Shown: positions 57,441 through 64,000 of the stretch, one piece after another
Layout: each line of letters opens with the position of its first letter
How positions within the stretch are numbered: the stretch's first letter is position 1
From: a virus
Strand: one strand, 5' to 3'
Virus record (IMG/VR): IMGVR_UViG_3300042291_000957
Location: 1-64,000 of that record
Length of the DNA: 64,000 nt
Program-made: the position numbers and the translations under genes
Notes under the pieces: generated by a model
Told to the model about the DNA's origin: nothing
Database searches by the model: none
What the model saw: only the letters and a program-made list of their open reading frames with translations

Positions 57441-58316
57441 TTAATCTTTTAATCTACCATCAGCTTCAGCTGACTTTAACATTGCTGCACGGTCTGGATA
57501 GCTACCACGCTTGACATCTTTGGCAGCAGCCTTTTCACCTTTAGTAGGATTCTTAACGTGCTTTAATGCGTCAAACTTTTCAGATTTAGCTTCTGCTAAA
57601 CGATTACGTAGTTCGTTTCTAATAGAAGTTCTTAAATCAACAGCTTCAACACGTTGCATAGGGTTGTCGCCGCCTGCTACTTTAGGGTATGTGCCTTTAG
57701 GTCCGTTCATACCGCCAGCAAGTTTGTTCACCATGTAGTCAATGTCTTTGTATTTTTCTTCCGGCTCGTTGGCATATTCATTTTTCTTTTCGTCATCTTT
57801 TTCCATGCCGCGATCATCGTCTTGATCATCTTTATCGCTTGAGACTTTGTCAATGTCATTGTCGTCAGGCATATTGTCAGAGTCCATGTCGCTTGGGCCG
57901 CCCATATTATCTGCATCTGGCTCATCGTGTGGTTTGTCCATGTCTAGATCTGGCAACATTTTTAATGGTCCAGCATCTAGGTTACCGAGATCACCTATAG
58001 CAGATATGCTAGGTCCTGGAGGAGTCAACGATGGCATTGCAGTCATGGTAGGCATTGGCATCATCTTGGATGGCTGGTTAATCATATCTGGATTAACTTT
58101 AGTCATAAGTTTCATTAAACTTTCAATGTTGTCCATACCTTGTGCATTAAGATTCACACTCATACTAGGATGACTTGGCGGTGGTGTTTGACTAGTCACC
58201 GACGGTGGCATACTCATAGGCATAGGTGCATCACCGCAGGCTTCTGTAGCAGGCATTGATTGTGTAGTTGGTTGATCCAAGTCTCTCATCTTGGCTAACA
58301 GTTGATTAAAGTCCAT
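57441..58316 (-). CDS. Met/Pro/Asp-rich hypothetical protein
   Basis: ORF in late operon. Confidence 0.7.
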   Translation of the reverse strand: MDFNQLLAKMRDLDQPTTQSMPATEACGDAPMPMSMPPSVTSQTPPPSHPSMSVNLNAQGMDNIESLMKLMTKVNPDMINQPSKMMPMPTMTAMPSLTPPGPSISAIGDLGNLDAGPLKMLPDLDMDKPHDEPDADNMGGPSDMDSDNMPDDNDIDKVSSDKDDQDDDRGMEKDDEKKNEYANEPEEKYKDIDYMVNKLAGGMNGPKGTYPKVAGGDNPMQRVEAVDLRTSIRNELRNRLAEAKSEKFDALKHVKNPTKGEKAAAKDVKRGSYPDRAAMLKSAEADGRLKD

Positions 58317-58885
58317 TATTTACTCCCCATTGCGCTTTTAAGGCCTAACTTGTCGGTCTTGCCTTTGGGCAGCTTATATTCTGTTGGCCCAGTTTGATCT
58401 TTTTTACGTTGTTTTGCAGTTTTTTCAAGGTCTTTTAAAAAGCCTTTGTTGAAGTCATCACCAAAATAGTCTTTGTGTTTGGCATTTGTATTTTCTTTGT
58501 AGTTGGAATCTGTTAACAGTGCTTGTCCTGATGGTTCGTTGTCTAGCAGAACTTGATCAGCTTCTGTTGGTTCACTACCACCTCGTACACGAAAGCTGGA
58601 TTCGTCGAGTCCCAGTGCCTTGACATCATTAGTTATTTCTGGTCCTGTAATAGGATATTCACAAATTACTTCGAACACAGTTACTTCACAATTTTTCATT
58701 GTGGGGAAGTCCAGAGGCAATGCCTGTATTGGTGTGGTCTTGATTTTTTCTAACTTGATACATTTGCAGCGATCTAGTGCTGTCTTCAAGTTTTCTTGAA
58801 AAGCCTCGGGCAATTCTCCAGCCACTTTGACTTTAAAGTTATAGATTTTTTTGCTTTCGGCAAGATATTCTGTAAATGGTTTCAT
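58316..58885 (-). CDS. hypothetical protein
   Basis: MKPFTEYLAES start; TAAATA-N5-ATG. Confidence 0.75.
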   Translation of the reverse strand: MKPFTEYLAESKKIYNFKVKVAGELPEAFQENLKTALDRCKCIKLEKIKTTPIQALPLDFPTMKNCEVTVFEVICEYPITGPEITNDVKALGLDESSFRVRGGSEPTEADQVLLDNEPSGQALLTDSNYKENTNAKHKDYFGDDFNKGFLKDLEKTAKQRKKDQTGPTEYKLPKGKTDKLGLKSAMGSK

Positions 58886-58893
58886 GTTAGTAT

Positions 58894-59382
58894 TTATGCT
58901 TTGCCGCTTAATTTCTTAATGAGCTCGTTGCGATCTGTAATTACATAACCCTGTCCGTTGATTACATCATTTGGATCTTCGTTATTGTCTTTGTCAATCT
59001 TGTATTTTTTAAGCTGTAGATCTATGGCTTTGAGCTTTTTATCAATCTTTGCTGCTTTTGCTGTAATAGCATTGCCCATCATAGAACTTGCCACTTCAAA
59101 TATGCGGCCGCTGTAACGAACTTCAACATTCATACCTAGATCCATTAGATCGTCGTAGGCTTTTTCTGCTTTACTAGCAAGATTGTCTAACTCATTATCG
59201 TTTAAATCATTTAATTCAACTATCTGCGGCAGATTTCTAGTAATTTGATTAACAGCTTCAATGCTTTCATCTAGTGTTTTTACTTCCGTGGCTTTTTCTA
59301 CTAATTCTTCGTTAATAGATTTAGGAACAATGTTTATTTGTTTATCGTCTAAATTAAATAATTCTTCAAGTTTCTTGGTCAT
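58894..59382 (-). CDS. probable terminase small subunit (gp16-like)
   Basis: helical; RIFEVA and DRNELIK patterns; packaging-gene context. Confidence 0.55.
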   Translation of the reverse strand: MTKKLEELFNLDDKQINIVPKSINEELVEKATEVKTLDESIEAVNQITRNLPQIVELNDLNDNELDNLASKAEKAYDDLMDLGMNVEVRYSGRIFEVASSMMGNAITAKAAKIDKKLKAIDLQLKKYKIDKDNNEDPNDVINGQGYVITDRNELIKKLSGKA

Positions 59383-59393
59383 AGCAATACTTA

Positions 59394-59831
59394 TCAGCGT
59401 TTTGAACCTTGATGGAAAATATGTTCCTCGTTGACCACACGAAATTTTATACCTTGCTGCTTACACCATTTAGTAGCAGCTTCCCATTTGGCCATATTCT
59501 TTATATATTGTTGTTGATTATAAACGCTCTTGCCAACATTGGCCAGCAGCGTTTGACTAGCTGGCTTTACTTCAACCACTTCCGCATGTTTTGCTCCGTT
59601 CTTGTCGACGTAGGTAATAAAAAAATCAGGAACATATATAGTATATTTTCCTGTTAGCGGATCTCTGTAGGGTATTTGTATGCTTTCGCTGGCCCATTTT
59701 TCTACCCCTTGATGCTCGTCTAGCATACGCATGAATACAAATTCCCAACTTGATCTTGCCAATGGTGTTTTGATCCCAACATATTTGCCAGGATTTTTCA
59801 TTTCGAATCTTCCTTGAGCAAATTTGGCCAT
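59394..59831 (-). CDS. head completion nuclease (T4 gp4-like, TnsA-N fold)
   Basis: RSSWE, WASE.I.IPY, YVPDF, EVKP, N.AKWEAA. Confidence 0.85.
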   Translation of the reverse strand: MAKFAQGRFEMKNPGKYVGIKTPLARSSWEFVFMRMLDEHQGVEKWASESIQIPYRDPLTGKYTIYVPDFFITYVDKNGAKHAEVVEVKPASQTLLANVGKSVYNQQQYIKNMAKWEAATKWCKQQGIKFRVVNEEHIFHQGSKR

Positions 59832-60202
59832 TATGGTAAAATATTTCTTGTTTGATTTATCTTGATGACATTCACAGCTCTAAATCCCAATGAAGATGTA
59901 TTAGGACGATATTTGTTGAGAATCTGTGCGACTACTGCACTAAGTTGGGTACCGTTGAGTTCTTTCAAGGTGTCTAGTATTTCAAAAACTTGGACACCAT
60001 CAACTTTGGCTTGACGCAGTATAGTCATTGCTGTGGTTGTAGCAGCTTCTTTTTCAAATCCCTTACTTGTAAAAAATCCTATGCTGGCAGAGACTTCATT
60101 GGCTCCGAATTCTAAAGGTCGGCGGCCGTAGGTATCAAAAAATAATTTTGTACTTGCAGCACTGTCTGTTTTTGTAACTGCTGGTAAATTAATTGAGCTC
60201 AT
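59831..60202 (-). CDS. hypothetical protein
   Basis: coupled ORF. Confidence 0.7.
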   Translation of the reverse strand: MSSINLPAVTKTDSAASTKLFFDTYGRRPLEFGANEVSASIGFFTSKGFEKEAATTTAMTILRQAKVDGVQVFEILDTLKELNGTQLSAVVAQILNKYRPNTSSLGFRAVNVIKINQTRNILP

Positions 60203-61281
60203 GGAAATTCCACCGGGCTTTCATTACTGCTGCCTGATGACTGTGGGAATGTGTTATTAGCTGACTGCGTTTGCAAAACTTTTCTAGTGGCGGTAGTGGC
60301 TGCAATAGATCCCAATGCTGCTCCTATTTTAGGAAAGCTGGCTCCTACAATGCCGCCAACGGTGTTGGCCGCTGTTAAAATATTTGCAGGATTTTTTAAT
60401 TCTCCAATAACTCCGTCTACTGTAGGGAATTGTCCCCCATTGTTTTTGTAGGTATTGATTTGAGAAATTGCTGTGCTTATAAAGCCACCTGGATTTTTTA
60501 ATATATTCTTTTTAGTTACATCACCAAATACCGATTCAATACCACCTAGCACATCACCGATTGGGCCAAGCACATTACCCAGTCCCAGCGAGCCACCTAA
60601 GACATTTGGACTCTGTACAACATCGTAGGATAGGCTAGCAAATCCATCGGGCTGTCCATAGGCCACACTGCCCGAAAGATATTTTACGCCTTCGTATTCA
60701 ACGGTCATTGTGTTATCTAGTGGTTCATTTGACGAATAGTCCACTTGCCCGTGAGACCAAGATTTAATTCTAGGCGCCATTAGTTCATATCCGTTAAATC
60801 TATGCCTACTTAAAGTATATAGAGATATTTTTTTAAAAAAGTTTGTTGGAGTAGCAAATCCCATCCCGTATGCTCCAGAATAATTGAACAGACTCATGGG
60901 ATGATTGATTTGATCGTTTCCTCCGTCATAGGCATAGTGTGCATAGTAGGCCGAATACAATGAATGCATCAAACCGGCATTGTCATCGTGGAATGTTAAA
61001 CTAATAGGTTCGTAATTTATTTTCTTATAAACGTGTTTGGTACGATTGTACACATTTTTAGTTGACGTGTCAAAGTTAAATTTAGGCAGGTCGGTTGATT
61101 TGATTAGTAGGCTAACTTCACGTTCAGCTCCCGAGAATACAGCATAATAAAGAAATTTGGTTCTAGGAGTCAGTCGATAGTTGTTGTCAACAAATATTCG
61201 TGTGGCATGCTGAAAATTCCCAACTACTCCTTTGGGTCCTCTGAGAGCACTATTTAAAAATCTTGTAAACTTATTGGCCAT
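60199..61281 (-). CDS. tail-tube-related baseplate protein (gp48/gp54-like)
   Basis: DLPK, YEPISLTFHDD tube-fold motif; next to tail tube. Confidence 0.65.
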   Translation of the reverse strand: MANKFTRFLNSALRGPKGVVGNFQHATRIFVDNNYRLTPRTKFLYYAVFSGAEREVSLLIKSTDLPKFNFDTSTKNVYNRTKHVYKKINYEPISLTFHDDNAGLMHSLYSAYYAHYAYDGGNDQINHPMSLFNYSGAYGMGFATPTNFFKKISLYTLSRHRFNGYELMAPRIKSWSHGQVDYSSNEPLDNTMTVEYEGVKYLSGSVAYGQPDGFASLSYDVVQSPNVLGGSLGLGNVLGPIGDVLGGIESVFGDVTKKNILKNPGGFISTAISQINTYKNNGGQFPTVDGVIGELKNPANILTAANTVGGIVGASFPKIGAALGSIAATTATRKVLQTQSANNTFPQSSGSSNESPVEFP

Positions 61282-61296
61282 ATAATTATTTAGTCA

Positions 61297-61327
61297 TAAA
61301 AAAAGCCCGATATATTCGGGCTTTTTT
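61297..61327. terminator. bidirectional terminator
   Basis: AAAAAAGCCCGA-TATAT-TCGGGCTTTTTT. Confidence 0.8.
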
Positions 61328-61343
61328 GGGATTATGATATTAA

Positions 61344-61979
61344 TCAACCAGGATTGCTACCTACTGCTAGAGCACTAGCGGCTGATCTAGCTGCGCCGGC
61401 GGTGCCTATGCCAATAACTCCAACTGAATCTGGTGTATTCATTGCATTATCATAGACAATAGTCAGAGCCACTGTGGCTGGTTCGTTAGTTGTATAGTTT
61501 AAATCACCGTAGTCAGTGTTTTGCAAGAAACATCCATAACATTCCCAGGTTTCTAAAACTACAGGAGCAGCAGCACCGTTACCACCGTCTAGTATTTCAA
61601 TACGTGTGGTAAACTTGTAGTCAATACCAGAGCGGGCGCTAGCCTGCTCATGAAAATCAAACTGTTTCTGAATCTGTTGACCAACTAACTTGATAACATT
61701 ACTGCTGGCATCGTCTCTGAGATTCAACGTGATGTTTTCCCAAGTGTACTTGCCTGCAATTTTAATCTTGGAATTGTAAATTTCGATTGGAATTTCCTCA
61801 AAGGAAACTTTTGGTCGAGTAACGTCCATGACCTGTTTGGTAAGTTCTGTACTAGCCGATGTGCCGAAACCCAGTAAAGTAACACGAAAGCGATACTTTA
61901 GTTTCGGCATCAACATACCGGTATTTGAACCAGGACCAGATGGGTTAATCGAGTAGTTTGTTAATGATGTAATTGCCAT
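61344..61979 (-). CDS. gp19: tail tube protein (T4 gp19-like)
   Basis: PKLKYRFRV, AGKYTWENITL..RDD, YDNA; downstream of sheath. Confidence 0.85.
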   Translation of the reverse strand: MAITSLTNYSINPSGPGSNTGMLMPKLKYRFRVTLLGFGTSASTELTKQVMDVTRPKVSFEEIPIEIYNSKIKIAGKYTWENITLNLRDDASSNVIKLVGQQIQKQFDFHEQASARSGIDYKFTTRIEILDGGNGAAAPVVLETWECYGCFLQNTDYGDLNYTTNEPATVALTIVYDNAMNTPDSVGVIGIGTAGAARSAASALAVGSNPG

Positions 61980-62009
61980 TGTCTTATGCTCCGATATTGT
62001 ATTTATTCA

Positions 62010-64000
62010 TTAAATTTCACCTGTGTTCTTGAGACGCAATGGTATGTAAATAAATTCAACGGCCTTGGTTGGCTCAATGGCAACATCTACATATAATTCA
62101 TTACGATCAATTCTACTTGGTGTGTTGTTGGTTTCGTCGCATACTACTGCAAAGTCATAGATAGCTCTTAGACCCACTAGTTCCAGCAACAAACTTTCTA
62201 CAGCTTGTTTGATCTCGTCACGGGTGATAGAATCATTTGGCTCAAAGATATATGGGCGAGCTAGTTTTGTTAGTTGACTACGTAGATATACAACTAAACG
62301 AGCTACGTTAATACGATCCAGTGCTGATGCATTTCTTGCACGAGTCTTTTGACCATAAGCTACCAGTCCTGTGCCAACAAAGAACGGAATTGGATTAACC
62401 TTTAGATCATACAGTGTATCTCTTTGACCGTTGTTTAAAGCAACGCTTTGGAATTCACCGGTCAACGAATCAATGTATCCCACTGCTGTGGCATTAGTAA
62501 TACCACCACGGCGTGTACCTGCTGGGGCAAACCAAGGAAAGCTCACTTGGTCGCTTAGAGCAATAGTTCTTAGCATCATGTGACTGGCTGGAACCACAGC
62601 ATTTGCGCCTGTAAGATCAGTGGTAAATCCATTTGGATAGTAAACCGCTGCATATTCGTCATAGGTAACAATACCATTGTCTCCGTTGTCCAGTGCTAGA
62701 TTAGCATTGGTACCCCAGGTAGTTAGACTTGTTGCATCACTCTTTAGACGCAATGGTGTATCACCGACCACAAAAGCTGTGACCTTGCGATCCAGATTCA
62801 AGTTGATTAGATTGCTGAGTGCTTCTGGATATCCAGGGCAAGCAATTAGGTTGAAGTTTCTGCGTTCTTCATCACGAGCTTCTTCGCTGGTGTCAATGGC
62901 GCTCTTCAATGCAGCAACCACAGCTGATCTCTGGGCCTTGCGACCAAAGCTGCCTGAACCATCTTCATTGTTAGGGCTAGCAGTGGTCCAACGATCTGGC
63001 CAGTATGCTTCCATACTTGGTGATCCTGATTGTCTTTCGTTGTCTGCTGTAGTATCAATATAACCATCGTTGTATTTCTTGACGTTTCCACCGCTTCTAC
63101 GTAGGTTCCACAGCAACATGCCTTTGGGATATAGATCTGGATCCGGTGCATCTGGATCTAAAAAGTTGTTGGTCAACAAGTCTTTGATTGATCCAGTAGG
63201 CGCAGCCGTAGTCGAGCCTCCAGTTGTACCTGCACGAGCATCTGCAAATAACACACCTTCTTCTGTGGTTTGATCGGTTTTGTCAACCAGAACCCATTTT
63301 AGTGCAAGTTTTGTGCCTGCGTCAGGATTGAATTTGTATATGCTTGGGAAATTTTCTAGATCTGCTGTGCTGATCCAAATATCACCGCTGACCAGCGCAG
63401 TGCCGTCAGTTTGTGTTTCAGGCATTGTTGCGGATACAAGTGGACCTTCTGGATCAGTGCCAGTGTATCCTGTGAAGTTTTGATAGCCCACCCAGGTTGT
63501 GCCATTGTGAATCATTAGATCTACATCGCCAAAGGCAGGATTGTACCATAGTTGTCCGTCTGCTGGCTCTTCTAATGGAGCATCCGGAGTGGCAGCAAAC
63601 ACATCACCAACCAATGGAATCCATAAGGAAGCCAAATAACCTTCTTGTGCTCCTGTGGCCAAGCCACCTGACAATGCGTAGAAATTACTGGTGCCAGCAC
63701 CTGTTTCTAGGTTGTAGGCTGTAAACAATGTACTAACAGCAGTACCTGTGACATCAGTTAGTCTGATGTCGCCACCGGTCTTGTGTGTGATCACTAATTC
63801 GTTGCTGGTAGTAACACTAGCAACTACGTTGTTTGTGATAGCATCGCCAGCTGAATCAGTGTAACTAGCAGCGTTAATTAATCCTGCGATTGTAAACGCA
63901 TCGTCTGCTGTGCCTGCTGCTGTGAATGTAAATGAAGCTGCTGTGCTCAGTGCAGTATCTCCAACAATCGACTGTTTGATTGTGAAGGTTCTTGCTACTG
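62010..64000 (-). CDS. gp18: tail sheath protein (T4 gp18-like), 5' end outside window
   Basis: WFAPAG..RG, KVNPI, GQKT, DRINVARL, FEPND, CDETNNT, P.KAVEFIYI. Confidence 0.93.
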   Translation of the reverse strand, partial: VARTFTIKQSIVGDTALSTAASFTFTAAGTADDAFTIAGLINAASYTDSAGDAITNNVVASVTTSNELVITHKTGGDIRLTDVTGTAVSTLFTAYNLETGAGTSNFYALSGGLATGAQEGYLASLWIPLVGDVFAATPDAPLEEPADGQLWYNPAFGDVDLMIHNGTTWVGYQNFTGYTGTDPEGPLVSATMPETQTDGTALVSGDIWISTADLENFPSIYKFNPDAGTKLALKWVLVDKTDQTTEEGVLFADARAGTTGGSTTAAPTGSIKDLLTNNFLDPDAPDPDLYPKGMLLWNLRRSGGNVKKYNDGYIDTTADNERQSGSPSMEAYWPDRWTTASPNNEDGSGSFGRKAQRSAVVAALKSAIDTSEEARDEERRNFNLIACPGYPEALSNLINLNLDRKVTAFVVGDTPLRLKSDATSLTTWGTNANLALDNGDNGIVTYDEYAAVYYPNGFTTDLTGANAVVPASHMMLRTIALSDQVSFPWFAPAGTRRGGITNATAVGYIDSLTGEFQSVALNNGQRDTLYDLKVNPIPFFVGTGLVAYGQKTRARNASALDRINVARLVVYLRSQLTKLARPYIFEPNDSITRDEIKQAVESLLLELVGLRAIYDFAVVCDETNNTPSRIDRNELYVDVAIEPTKAVEFIYIPLRLKNTGEI

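Larger units (their letters stand above)
10707..61292. promoter_or_regulatory. T4-like late promoters TAAATA placed 5 nt before ATG (dispersed sites)
   Basis: + strand 10707 and 18649; - strand 49904-09, 55422-27, 57023-28, 58891-96, 59388-93 (TAAGTA), 61287-92. Confidence 0.75.

Noticed and set aside
336-63724. Many antisense or alternate-frame ORFs in the track (e.g. 3199-3786, 4669-5181, 23343-23774, 53702-54148)
   Set aside because: They are shadows of well-supported genes and have no RBS, promoter or motifs.
1-64000. Stop-codon reassignment
   Set aside because: Core genes are full-length under the standard bacterial code, and TAG, TGA and TAA all end genes at sensible positions.
1-64000. 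tRNA or rRNA genes
   Set aside because: No cloverleaf with a T-loop GTTCRA and matching acceptor stem was noticed by eye. tRNAscan-SE would be needed to exclude them.

Overview
Fragment of a large T4-like (contractile-tailed) phage genome in three parts. (1) About 1-15.8 kb, all + strand: an early/host-takeover region of about 40 mostly small genes, with 26 near-consensus sigma70 promoters sharing an AC-rich leader and usually a GGA(GC) RBS. It includes two AAA+ ATPases, a vWA-metallopeptidase, HNH, SWIM, GcrA-like and DUF1281-like genes. (2) About 16-22 kb: accessory genes (two SGNH-like proteins, a flavin-dependent halogenase, BI-1/YccA, a nucleotidyltransferase). (3) About 22-64 kb, mostly - strand: replication/recombination core (gp41, gp61, mini-DnaE, UvsW/X/Y, gp32) interleaved with about 20 kb of nucleotide-sugar, glycosyltransferase and methyltransferase genes, then terminase, head completion, tail tube and tail sheath. 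The most striking signal is a 1.45-kb five-gene island (8886-10340) whose + strand almost lacks TC and CC (8 counted by hand), so that its proteins contain one proline in about 375 aa. Other highlights are a promoter-driven, ORF-free, highly paired ~320-nt RNA (13515-13838), twin hairpins whose loop is antisense to the early-gene RBS, two recurrent palindromic operator families, and late genes that appear systematically leaderless (TAAATA-N5-ATG). All functional calls rest on motif recognition by eye; no database searches were run.
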